Source: Patescibacteria group bacterium
Lineage (GTDB): Bacteria > Patescibacteriota > Patescibacteriia > JBAZBY01
NCBI GenBank assembly: GCA_041671225.1
Contig: JBAZBY010000001.1
Location: 430,940 to 494,939, forward strand
Length of the DNA stretch: 64,000 bases
Reading direction: 5' to 3'
Shown here: positions 28,534 to 37,199 of the stretch, one piece after another
Layout: the number at the start of each line of letters is the position of its first letter
Position numbering within the stretch: position 1 is the first letter of the stretch
Made by a program: the position numbers and the translations under genes
Notes under the pieces: model-generated
What the model was told of the DNA's origin: nothing
What the model saw: only the letters and a program-made list of their open reading frames with translations
The model's database searches: none

Positions 28534-29580
28534 TTACCGAAGTATCGTGGGATCAGAGACGTGCGCCTGTGCCGTAGCTTCGTCAATTTGATCCTGTTCG
28601 TAGAGTTGCTTTACTGCCTGATCCATGGTGACCATACCGTGATCCTTGCTTGTTTGGATTGCGGTCTTGATCTGTGCGATCTTGTTTTCGCGGATAAGGT
28701 TGGCAACTGCTGGCGTGTTGAGCAATACTTCTCGTGATGCAACGCGGCCGCCGGTCTTTCTTGGCAGTAATTGTTGTGAGATGACCGCGCGTAAGAACAA
28801 TGAGAGCTGCAAACGCACCTGTGGCTGTTGGTATGGAGGGAATACATCGATAATACGGTCGATCGTTTGTGCGGCATTCAGCGTGTGCAGGGTGGCCATC
28901 ACAAGGTGGCCTGTTTCAGCAAGGGTAATAGTGGAAGCGATGGTTTCAAGATCCCGCATTTCTCCAACAAGGATAACGTTTGGATCCTGACGCAGCACGT
29001 GCTTCAAGCCCTGCGCAAAGGAGAGGATGTCCGTGCCGTACTGCCGTTGTTTGATGATGCTTTTTTTTGGTTCGTAGACGAATTCAATAGGATCCTCAAG
29101 TGTAATGATATGGCGCGCGCGTTCTCGATTGATAATATCAATCATTGCGGCAAGCGAGGTGGACTTTCCCGAGCCGGTCGGTCCGGTGACGAGAATCAAT
29201 CCCTGGTTGAGTTTCACAAGATCATAAACGATCGGCGGCATGCCGATTTCTTCCATAGAAGGAATTTTTTGTCCAATGACGCGCGCAACGAGCCCTGCGT
29301 GTTCTTTTTCCCAGTGAAGGTTCACGCGGAAGCGCGAGAGATTCTTTATCTCATAAGAAACGTCGAGTTCACGGTCTTCAATATAGCTCGCTTTTTGTTG
29401 TTCGTTCAGGATGGAGTAGCAGAGTTTTTCTACGTCCGTAGCAGTGAGTACAGGCTGGCCGTCGATGGGCCTGAGTTCTCCGTCAATACGAAGAATAGGT
29501 TGCAGATTTGTAACCAAGTGAAGGTCTGATGCGCCTTTTTCAACGGCGATGCGAAACAGTTCGTCCATTGTTGTTCCCAT
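28534..29580 (-). CDS. pilT: type IV pilus retraction ATPase PilT
   Basis: 348 aa. Walker A GPTGSGKST, Asp box, Walker B and His-box typical of PilT/PilU (shorter than PilB, no N-terminal extension). Confidence 0.88.
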   Translation of the reverse strand: MGTTMDELFRIAVEKGASDLHLVTNLQPILRIDGELRPIDGQPVLTATDVEKLCYSILNEQQKASYIEDRELDVSYEIKNLSRFRVNLHWEKEHAGLVARVIGQKIPSMEEIGMPPIVYDLVKLNQGLILVTGPTGSGKSTSLAAMIDIINRERARHIITLEDPIEFVYEPKKSIIKQRQYGTDILSFAQGLKHVLRQDPNVILVGEMRDLETIASTITLAETGHLVMATLHTLNAAQTIDRIIDVFPPYQQPQVRLQLSLFLRAVISQQLLPRKTGGRVASREVLLNTPAVANLIRENKIAQIKTAIQTSKDHGMVTMDQAVKQLYEQDQIDEATAQAHVSDPTILR

Positions 29581-29595
29581 ATGCTCTGTAGTGTA

Positions 29596-30207
29596 TCAGA
29601 ATGTCTCCTTCTGCGGAAGCGCATTCTGTTGAGGTGTAAAATACTTCTTCAGATAGCGCTCACCAAATGCCCATACGGCATACGCCAGCAAGAGACCGCC
29701 CGCGATATCAGCAGTGTAGTGTGCACGCGTGATGATCGACCCCAGACCAAAGAGGAGAACGGCAACAGTACAGGATATACGCAGGGTACGGCTCCGTACA
29801 AGTAGTGTCAGAATAAACATTATACCCACGTGCCCTCCGGGAAAGAATGCATGCCCTGCATATGGGTAGAGTACGAATCGTTCCGCTACTTCTGGTGCAT
29901 CCAGCGGCGGCCCGATAGGTAAGAGAATCAAGAATACGCCCCGACACGCATAAAAGATACCGAGCAAAGCAAGGATGTAACCAAGGTCACACCACCGGTC
30001 TCGCAAGAGGATGACGCCGAATCCCACCATAAGAACCAAAAAAAGGATTTCGCCGATACCGAAGAGATCAATAAATGGAAGTTGTCGCATCACAATATCT
30101 GTCACACCAGGAAATGATTCCACGTATGTATCTGCCACCCAGAGTGCGAGCATGTGTAGTCCGACCCCGCTGATGCCGATGGCGAACCCACCAATGATTT
30201 TTTTCAT
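29596..30207 (-). CDS. PAP2-superfamily membrane phosphatase
   Basis: 203 aa, 6 TM. PSGH-like FFPGGH and SRT...RAHYTAD motifs (KX6RP / PSGH / SRX5HX3D pattern). Confidence 0.75.
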   Translation of the reverse strand: MKKIIGGFAIGISGVGLHMLALWVADTYVESFPGVTDIVMRQLPFIDLFGIGEILFLVLMVGFGVILLRDRWCDLGYILALLGIFYACRGVFLILLPIGPPLDAPEVAERFVLYPYAGHAFFPGGHVGIMFILTLLVRSRTLRISCTVAVLLFGLGSIITRAHYTADIAGGLLLAYAVWAFGERYLKKYFTPQQNALPQKETF

Positions 30208-30316
30208 ACCTTAATGATAGTTCAGTCTATCTATGTCGTAAACATGCACTGTTTTTTGTTATGAGAAAATCCTGCTGAGCGGGGTTATTGTTTTATCAAA
30301 GAAAAAGGTGGACAAA

Positions 30317-30350
30317 AAAGAAAACCCCCCGCAAAGGGGGAGTTTTCTTC
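30317..30350 (-). terminator. GC hairpin (CCCCCC gcaaa GGGGG) with T-run on the minus strand, downstream of the 40-aa acidic ORF
   Basis: Minus strand reads AAAACTCCCCCTTTGCGGGGGGTTTTCTTTTTTG. Confidence 0.6.
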
Positions 30351-30364
30351 AAGTGGAGAGAAGC

Positions 30365-30487
30365 TTATGCCATCTCTTCGCCACCTTCTTCTGTTGTTTC
30401 TTCGGTGGTGGGTTCCTCAGTACCTTCTGTCATTCCATCTTCTTCCATACCACCATCTTCTGACGTCGTTTCGTCGTCAAAAATCAT
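30365..30487 (-). CDS. 40-aa highly acidic small protein MIFDDETTSEDGGMEEDGMTEGTEEPTTEETTEEGGEEMA
   Basis: Own translation. Strong SD AAGGAGGTGA 7 nt upstream of the ATG and a terminator immediately after the stop. Below the ORF-track size cut-off; overlapping plus-strand track ORFs are low-complexity and lack an SD. Confidence 0.5.
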   Translation of the reverse strand: MIFDDETTSEDGGMEEDGMTEGTEEPTTEETTEEGGEEMA

Positions 30488-30622
30488 TCTCAAGTCACCT
30501 CCTTTACGGATTATCTCAATGCTCAAAAACTACGTGGTCTCAAAGACCGGAGTCGCAGAAAAGATATCATGCAGACGATGACTGTCAAGAGAAAAATGAT
30601 TCAAGTTATCCACACAAATCAA

Positions 30623-31600
30623 CTAGCAGATGCGCGCGGGTACTGCTTTGTTCTTTAATGCGCAAAGAATATTCTGCGCGGCTTGCTCGCCCATTGTGCG
30701 TCGTGCGCGCATCGTTGCAGAACCAGTATGTGGAGTAACAATGATATTCTTTAATTTCGCGAGTCCAGGGGTCATGTGCGGTTCGTTCTCAAAGACATCG
30801 AGCCCCGCAGCCGCGATCCTTTTTTTCTTGAGCGTCGCAAGCAATGCTTTTTCGTTGATGATGGGTCCGCGCGCGATATTCACGAGAATGGCGGTTGATT
30901 TCATTGATGCAAGCTCTTTTGCTCCAATAAGGTGATGTGTCGAGGGGAGGAGCGGCACTGCGATGATGATGACATCAGCCTTTTTGATGAGCGTTGTGAG
31001 AGTAACTTTTTTTGCGGAATATTTTTTTTCGAAAGCAACGTTTCTGCTCCGATCAACATAGAGCACCGGCATACGAAAACCGCCGTTTCCGATAGTGGCA
31101 ATCATTTGACCAATGCGTCCGAGGCCGATAACACCGAGTATTTTTCCTGAAAGCTCAAGCCCAAGCATTTGTCCTGGTGTCCATTGCTTGTATTTTCCTG
31201 CGCGCATGTACGCGTCTGATTCCACAATGCGTTTTGCGCAGCCAAGTGCAAGAACCCACGCATGTTCAGCCACGGCTGTTGAGACTCCACCCGGCGTGTT
31301 CGTCACGATAATACCCCGTTTTTTTGCTGCAGCAATATCAATATTATCAAAGCCCGCAGCATAGTTTGCAATAATTTTTAGCCCAGGCCCTGCGGCATCC
31401 ATGATTTCACCATCGATTTTTTCTGTGAGCTGTGAAAGAATTGCGTCCGCGCCCTGCACCATTTTTTTAAGGCGTGCCCGCGAGGGAGAGAATGCATTCA
31501 TGCCGCCAACGATATGCATGCTTTTGTTCGTGAGGAGCGATTCAAGACCAGCTGTGGGGAGTTTTTTTGTAAGAACGACGCGGAATTTTTTTTGGGGCAT
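30623..31600 (-). CDS. D-isomer-specific 2-hydroxyacid dehydrogenase (glycerate/hydroxypyruvate reductase-like)
   Basis: 325 aa. NAD-binding GVIGLGRIGQ, catalytic R/E/H arrangement of the 2-Hacid_dh_C family. Confidence 0.85.
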   Translation of the reverse strand: MPQKKFRVVLTKKLPTAGLESLLTNKSMHIVGGMNAFSPSRARLKKMVQGADAILSQLTEKIDGEIMDAAGPGLKIIANYAAGFDNIDIAAAKKRGIIVTNTPGGVSTAVAEHAWVLALGCAKRIVESDAYMRAGKYKQWTPGQMLGLELSGKILGVIGLGRIGQMIATIGNGGFRMPVLYVDRSRNVAFEKKYSAKKVTLTTLIKKADVIIIAVPLLPSTHHLIGAKELASMKSTAILVNIARGPIINEKALLATLKKKRIAAAGLDVFENEPHMTPGLAKLKNIIVTPHTGSATMRARRTMGEQAAQNILCALKNKAVPARIC

Positions 31601-32595
31601 TAATTTGGGAATGAGGTTATGGTAACTTCACGAGGATCCTTTTTTGGGAAGTGCGTAAGAAGACCGTTCTTTGCCCCGATTTTTTGGATGACCGACTCTG
31701 AGCTCGCAATGCCCGTTTGCAATGCGTATGCAATATCATTTTTGTGCATATATCCTGCAACAAAACCCATGCCAAAGGAGTCTCCGGCACCCGTTGTGTC
31801 GTGCACAGTGATAGTATGCGGCTTTCCTTTATAACGATATGTATTGTCAGCAACGAGTGCGCCACGCGGACCGTCTGTCACAACCACCATGCCAGGAAGT
31901 CCGATTGCAAGTTTTTTGAACATAGCTCTTTCCTGTTCAAAAGGTATGCCCGTAAGGCGCGCTGCTTCTTCTCGGTTCAAGAGAACAACTGTTGCGCCTT
32001 TGAGCACTGGCGCGAGCGCGCGGTATCCCTTGTCCAATTCTGCCCGTCCGGGGTTCACCGCGACACTGATATGGTGCTTTGCCGCAAAGTGCACAAGCTT
32101 CTTCATGAGCGGAAGATTACCGCCGAGTGAACTCACATAGAACCATTTTGTTTTTTTGAGTTTCGTCCACTGTATGCCCGCATCGGTGAATCGAGATGAT
32201 GCACCGCGATGGACAAGGATGGTGCGTTCACCTTTTGGGGAGCGCAGCAAAACAGAATACGCCGTCATATCCTTTTTATCATGCACAACAAAACGCGTAT
32301 CAACCCCATTTTCTTGAAGTGTATGAAGAAGGATTTTACCGCGCGCATCATTCGCGCCGATGCGCGTAACCACGGCTGTTTTGAATCCTAGCCTCGCAAA
32401 TCCAACTGCAGTATTTGTTCCCCCGCCACCCGTTTCAAAATAGACAATTGGAATATCATATTTTGCACCAAGCGCAAGACGGATAACCTTTCGTGTTTTT
32501 GCTTTTTTGTCTGCTACCCCTCGGAATTTTTCGCTTTGCAAATAGACATCGCGGGTTGCAGATCCAAAGGTGATAACGTCGTATCTTTTTTTCAT
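31600..32595 (-). CDS. PfkB-family carbohydrate (ribokinase-like) kinase
   Basis: 331 aa. N-terminal GG motif FETGGGGTN and C-terminal DTTGAGDSF. Confidence 0.85.
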   Translation of the reverse strand: MKKRYDVITFGSATRDVYLQSEKFRGVADKKAKTRKVIRLALGAKYDIPIVYFETGGGGTNTAVGFARLGFKTAVVTRIGANDARGKILLHTLQENGVDTRFVVHDKKDMTAYSVLLRSPKGERTILVHRGASSRFTDAGIQWTKLKKTKWFYVSSLGGNLPLMKKLVHFAAKHHISVAVNPGRAELDKGYRALAPVLKGATVVLLNREEAARLTGIPFEQERAMFKKLAIGLPGMVVVTDGPRGALVADNTYRYKGKPHTITVHDTTGAGDSFGMGFVAGYMHKNDIAYALQTGIASSESVIQKIGAKNGLLTHFPKKDPREVTITSFPN

Positions 32596-32598
32596 GTG

Positions 32599-33228
32599 TT
32601 ATGTGAGTTGTGTGAGTTCGCGGAATGCCGCTGCTGGGTCTGCCTGTTTGATAATTGCAGATCCCACAACGATGTTTGCGATCTTGAGTGGTTTGATGAG
32701 CGGGATCGTTTCCTTGTTCATCGCGCCATCTATCCCTATCGTAACGCCTGGGAAGTTTTTCTGAAAGTCAGCGATCTTGCGGATAACATCCGGCATGAAT
32801 GGTGATCCCTGAAAGCCTGGTTTCACCGCCATAAAGAGGACAAAGGAGAGAATATCCGCAATTGGCTGCATGGCAGAAAGGGGAGTTTCTGGATTCAACG
32901 CAACGCCCACTTTTTTACCACACGCACGGATGGCTTCCACAACAGCGCGGAGATTATGCGTTGCTTCTGCATGAATGATGATGCATTCTGCGCGGAGTTT
33001 TTCGATTTTCTGCAGCACGTGCTCTGGCTGGTCATACATAAGGTGTACGCGATATGTCTTTTGCGGCTCAGCATTTTTGAGTTCATCAAGAGAGATCGTT
33101 TTGTTGGGAACGAACCGTCCATCGGCAAGATCAATATGGAGCAGATCACTGAAGGCGCTCACCGTTTCCACTGCGCGGTGAAATGCTTCGGCATCGGATT
33201 CTAAAATAGCTGGAACGATCACACTCAT
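32599..33228 (-). CDS. rpe: ribulose-phosphate 3-epimerase
   Basis: 209 aa. HIDLADGRFVPN, HLM, MAVKPGFQGSPF. Confidence 0.88.
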   Translation of the reverse strand: MSVIVPAILESDAEAFHRAVETVSAFSDLLHIDLADGRFVPNKTISLDELKNAEPQKTYRVHLMYDQPEHVLQKIEKLRAECIIIHAEATHNLRAVVEAIRACGKKVGVALNPETPLSAMQPIADILSFVLFMAVKPGFQGSPFMPDVIRKIADFQKNFPGVTIGIDGAMNKETIPLIKPLKIANIVVGSAIIKQADPAAAFRELTQLT

Positions 33229-33683
33229 GTTTTTGTACCGAATCGATTCAAGCTTCGCGCACGGCGATGGTAGCGTTGTGATGTGCCGGGCGGGGTTGTG
33301 AGAAAGACATTGACCATGCGTTCTGCCTCGCGCGTACTGATGAAGTCCGCTGCAAGCGCAAGGATATTGATGAGGTCATCTCTGCGGCCAGCTTTGGCTT
33401 GTGCGACAGAATGAGCGAGCCCTGCGCGTATGCCCTGGATCTTATTCGCCGCAACAGAAATACCGATACCAGAACCGCAGATGACTATTCCCATACTGTT
33501 CGGATCCTTTGCAACAATGCGCGCAACGCGGAGGCCATACGTTGCATAATCATCTGTTGCGATCCGTTTGTGAGCGCCGAGGTCACGAACGATAAAGCCG
33601 CGCGTTGCAAGATACGCTTTAAGGCGTTCCTTAAGATGGAACCCGCGATGGTCTGCGCCAAAATAGATCGTTGTGTTTTTCAT
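33225..33683 (-). CDS. rpiB: ribose-5-phosphate isomerase B (RpiB/LacAB family)
   Basis: 152 aa. ICGSGIGISVAANK...GIRAG. 4-nt overlap with rpe. Confidence 0.88.
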   Translation of the reverse strand: MKNTTIYFGADHRGFHLKERLKAYLATRGFIVRDLGAHKRIATDDYATYGLRVARIVAKDPNSMGIVICGSGIGISVAANKIQGIRAGLAHSVAQAKAGRRDDLINILALAADFISTREAERMVNVFLTTPPGTSQRYHRRARSLNRFGTKT

Positions 33684-33713
33684 ATTTACCTGAGAGTGCC
33701 AACAGCTACGAAC

Positions 33714-35450
33714 TTAGACACGCTGTACGTGTTTTAAAATAAAGCCGTAGCGTTCTTTTAACTCTGCGATGTGTTCAGCACGATCCACAGAGATATTGCC
33801 GGAGTTCATGAGTTGAGATTCTAACATGAGGCCAAGGTGCTTCCCTGCAATATGGTGCGGGAGAATCACATATGCTGCGCCGTGTTCGTAGAGATCAAGG
33901 GCATCAAGGGGAGAAAAAGCGCTGAGGTATGTGGGGATTTTGAGTTTTAAGCGTTTGATGTTTTGCAGAAGACGTATATTGTCCTGGACGTCAGGAACCG
34001 TTGTAATAATCATACGCGCCTCGGTGATATTCACTCGGTCGAGCAGTTCAGAATCAGAAAGGTCGCCATACATAACGGGGATTTTGAGTTTTGTGAGTTC
34101 ACGAACAACCTGCGGATCAAAATCAATAACAATGACCGGCACCTTTGTCCTGCGGAGAGAATCAAGAATTGCTTTTCCTATGCGGTGTACGCCAACAAGT
34201 ATGACGTGGCCAGAAAGTTCCTTCGAAAGTTCTGTCGGTTCTTGCACTTTTGTACGTTGGAAGACACGTAAGAATGGGCTTAAGATGCGGTAAAGTCGTT
34301 CTGCGTGTGCAAACATGTAAGCTGAAAGTGCAATCGTTACAACGCCAATGGCGGTAACGAGCGCGACCATATCATCTGAAACGTGTCCAAGTCGTGCACC
34401 GATTGCCATGAGAATGAGTGAGAATTCAGAGATCTGTGCCACCGTGATTCCCGTGAAAAAGGCAGTGCGTCGGTGGTAGCCCAAGAGGCCCATGATAATC
34501 ATAATGATAAGCGGGTTGCCGATCAGCACGAAGAATGAGAGTGCAACAAAAAGACCAAAGTGCGTGGAGAGTGCGGCAACAGTGAGGTGTGTTCCGAGTG
34601 AGACAAAAAACATCGTAATAAAAAAGTCGCGCAGATTTTTGACGCGGCCGGCAATTTCTAAGTGATACGGAACGCTTGCAAGTGCAATGCCCGCAAGGAA
34701 GGCACCAATTTCAACAGAGAAGCCAATAGCGGCGGCAAAGATAGAAAAGATGAATGCCCAGCTGATTGAAGCGAGGAAAAGAAGCTCATCACTCCGCGCG
34801 AGATACGAAAAAATTGGCGGGAGAATATAGCGACTGAGCAACGCAGTAAAAACAAAAAGCATGGCACCCTTTGCGAGTGTAAAGATCATGGCTGCGCCGA
34901 AAAGGCCACCCTCTGCATCGCCAACGCCCGCGAGGATAATAAGAATAAGAATTGCAACAAAATCTTGCACCAACAGGATGCCGATGCTGATGCGGCCATA
35001 GAGTGACGTGAGTGCGCGTTTTTCTGAAAGCAGCTTCACAACAATAATCGTGGAAGAGAGCGTCAGTGCTATTGACGCATAGAGTGCCGGAATAGCATCA
35101 ATGCCGAGCAGTATAAGGACACCAAAGGCAATAGCGGCAGTGAAGAGAATTTGCCCGGCGCCTATAATGGCGCTGGTTTTGCCGATTTCCTTAAGGCGAC
35201 GAACATCAAGCTCGAGTCCAATTAAGAAAAGGAGGAAGGCAACACCAAGCGCAGAAAGACTATTGAGGATGTCTGGCAGTGAAATAAGGTTGAGCACCAG
35301 CGGACCAAGAAAAACGCCAGCGAGAATATATGCCAAAATAAGCGGTTGGCGGAGTACGCGGGCAACCACAGCAAAAATCGTCGCAACGATGATACTCAGT
35401 GTTATTTCGAGGAAAATAGTTTCCATACAAAAACAGAGGGATGTCGACAA
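33714..35450 (-). CDS. CPA2 monovalent cation:proton antiporter with C-terminal RCK/TrkA-N domain (KefB-like)
   Basis: 578 aa. ~12 TM core plus GHVILVGVHRIGKAI Rossmann motif. True start may be the Met at 35426 (METIFLEI). Confidence 0.85.
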   Translation of the reverse strand: MSTSLCFCMETIFLEITLSIIVATIFAVVARVLRQPLILAYILAGVFLGPLVLNLISLPDILNSLSALGVAFLLFLIGLELDVRRLKEIGKTSAIIGAGQILFTAAIAFGVLILLGIDAIPALYASIALTLSSTIIVVKLLSEKRALTSLYGRISIGILLVQDFVAILILIILAGVGDAEGGLFGAAMIFTLAKGAMLFVFTALLSRYILPPIFSYLARSDELLFLASISWAFIFSIFAAAIGFSVEIGAFLAGIALASVPYHLEIAGRVKNLRDFFITMFFVSLGTHLTVAALSTHFGLFVALSFFVLIGNPLIIMIIMGLLGYHRRTAFFTGITVAQISEFSLILMAIGARLGHVSDDMVALVTAIGVVTIALSAYMFAHAERLYRILSPFLRVFQRTKVQEPTELSKELSGHVILVGVHRIGKAILDSLRRTKVPVIVIDFDPQVVRELTKLKIPVMYGDLSDSELLDRVNITEARMIITTVPDVQDNIRLLQNIKRLKLKIPTYLSAFSPLDALDLYEHGAAYVILPHHIAGKHLGLMLESQLMNSGNISVDRAEHIAELKERYGFILKHVQRV

Positions 35451-35570
35451 CCCGTCCGTGTTCCTTTTTCTGGTTGTCGTTTTATTTTACTCAGTGTAGT
35501 ATAACACATTTTTTTGTTTTATTCAAGTGTGCGACACAAGAATGTCGGAAAGTCTCATTCGTTTTTTATT

Positions 35571-35783
35571 CTATACCCTTGGTTCTTCCGCGGGAGAGTG
35601 CGGTATTTCTTTGTGGGGTTCTTTACCTATAAAGAGTGTGAGTGCCACAACAACAGAAACAGCACCAACGATCATTTGGATCCATTCTGTGCCACCGGTG
35701 AGTTCTGTGAGCCATTCATACAGTGCGGGTACAAGGTGAACGAGTCCACCAAGAAGCAAGAGAAGTGCACCAGTTGTTTTCAT
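35571..35783 (-). CDS. 70-aa small membrane protein, translationally coupled to the upstream thioredoxin-fold gene (ATGA overlap)
   Basis: MKTTGALLLLLGGLVHLVPALYEWLTELTGGTEWIQMIVGAVSVVVALTLFIGKEPHKEIPHSPAEEPRV. SD AAGGAGGTGA lies inside the upstream gene's last codons. Confidence 0.6.
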   Translation of the reverse strand: MKTTGALLLLLGGLVHLVPALYEWLTELTGGTEWIQMIVGAVSVVVALTLFIGKEPHKEIPHSPAEEPRV

Positions 35784-36382
35784 GCATTATCACCTCCTTT
35801 TTCGTTTTTCCATTTAATACTGCATCCAACAGAGGGCTGTTGCTCTTCACCTGGTTTTTCACCGTTGAGCAAATCATCAAGAGCATCACGAAGATCTTCT
35901 TGCGTGACTTTTTCAATATCTTTCCAGTTATCATCAACACGCCCGTGATACGCCAGGCGTCGCGCGTTATCATAGACAAAGATATCCGGAGTGCAGGCCG
36001 CGCCAAAGTCTCGCGCGACATCCTGCGTCTCATCTCGCAAATATGGGAAGGAATAATTATATTTTTCCTCCATCATATGTTTCATGGAATCTTTAGGGTA
36101 TGCATGCTCGTCATTTGAATTGATTGCAATGAACTGCACACCAAGCTCATCATAGAAATCGTGCAGTGCAATAATGCGCGGACGGATAGCCTGCGCATAG
36201 GGACAATGATTGCACGTAAAAATCACAACAAGTACCTGTGCCTCATCGAAGTCTTTGAGGCAGTAGGTTTGGCCGTCTGTGCCGGGGAGGCAGAATGACG
36301 GTGCCGGCAGGCCCAAGTCCTTTGGTTGTGAGTATGCCAGGGCCATGGGATGCGCGTTATTCGTGCGCTTCAAGCATACCAA
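35780..36382 (-). CDS. thioredoxin-fold thiol-disulfide oxidoreductase (TlpA/AhpC-TSA-like, CxxC = CNHC)
   Basis: LVVIFTCNHCPYAQAIRPRI. Likely start at the internal Met (MALAYSQPK...). Confidence 0.75.
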   Translation of the reverse strand: MVCLKRTNNAHPMALAYSQPKDLGLPAPSFCLPGTDGQTYCLKDFDEAQVLVVIFTCNHCPYAQAIRPRIIALHDFYDELGVQFIAINSNDEHAYPKDSMKHMMEEKYNYSFPYLRDETQDVARDFGAACTPDIFVYDNARRLAYHGRVDDNWKDIEKVTQEDLRDALDDLLNGEKPGEEQQPSVGCSIKWKNEKGGDNA

Positions 36383-36428
36383 AAAAGACCGGTTTCGTCA
36401 GCCTAGCCGTGGTGCCGCATCAAGCGGT

Positions 36429-37136
36429 TTATTGCAGCGTCTGGAAGATGCCAGAGAGGAGTGTTACCTCATTTTCTGGCGCTTTTGGGTCTGGGCCTGT
36501 AATGAAGACGAACTCGTTGGTGTTGTATCCCGGCTCAGTGATAGACAGAGAGTATGTCAGCGGGCTCTCATGCGTCATGATGCCGAGTTTATAAGCAGAT
36601 GATCCCTCACTTCCAAGATAGACCGTGTAGGCTTGGTCATCATCTGTTCCTGGAAGGAAGGCGCTTATGGTGTATGAGGTGGTGGATGCAATGAACGTTC
36701 GCGTTGCAACCACATGTGCGTCCCCAGAATTTTCTGCACGGAGATAGGGATGTGGAATAACGCCCATTGCTCGTTTGTAGGCAACAAGAGTGTTATCCAT
36801 AATTGCTTGTGCGCGTGCTGGCGAAGGACCAGAATCTGCACCAAGAACTTTTCCAATACGTCCTTCGCGGATTGCGGCAGGAATATCCGGTATCTCTTCT
36901 TGAGCGATAGGGATTGCGATTGGTTCGGGCGTTTCCGTTTTTGGAATTTTGCGTATGACAAAATAGATCGTACCGGTAATAAGTAGGAGTACTCCAGTAA
37001 TAACAAGGATATTGCGAAGTGAACTTGGGAGAATGCCCCGGTTTTCTTCCTGCTCATCAACAAGATTCTGCTCCGTTTGAACAGCTTTTTGATCTAGTGA
37101 CTCTGCGAGTTTTACCGAGAGATGTTCCTCTGGCAT
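36429..37136 (-). CDS. hypothetical single-pass membrane protein (235 aa)
   Basis: Acidic N-terminus, one TM (ILVITGVLLLITGTIYFVI), extracellular Ser/Thr-rich domain. No recognisable motif. Confidence 0.55.
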   Translation of the reverse strand: MPEEHLSVKLAESLDQKAVQTEQNLVDEQEENRGILPSSLRNILVITGVLLLITGTIYFVIRKIPKTETPEPIAIPIAQEEIPDIPAAIREGRIGKVLGADSGPSPARAQAIMDNTLVAYKRAMGVIPHPYLRAENSGDAHVVATRTFIASTTSYTISAFLPGTDDDQAYTVYLGSEGSSAYKLGIMTHESPLTYSLSITEPGYNTNEFVFITGPDPKAPENEVTLLSGIFQTLQ

Positions 37137-37199
37137 AGAAAATATTGTCCCAACAATAAAGCAGCCTATCTAATCATAGGTTGGGGTGTTTGTCAAGGG

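Noticed and set aside
28166-28586. ORF-track minus ORFs 28166..28348 and 28341..28586
   Set aside because: They overlap tRNA-Lys and tRNA-Arg(TCG). No coding signal.
30288-30738. plus-strand ORFs 30288..30581 and 30367..30738
   Set aside because: Ser/Val/Pro low-complexity translations without SD. The opposite strand carries a 40-aa ORF with a strong SD and terminator that better explains the region.
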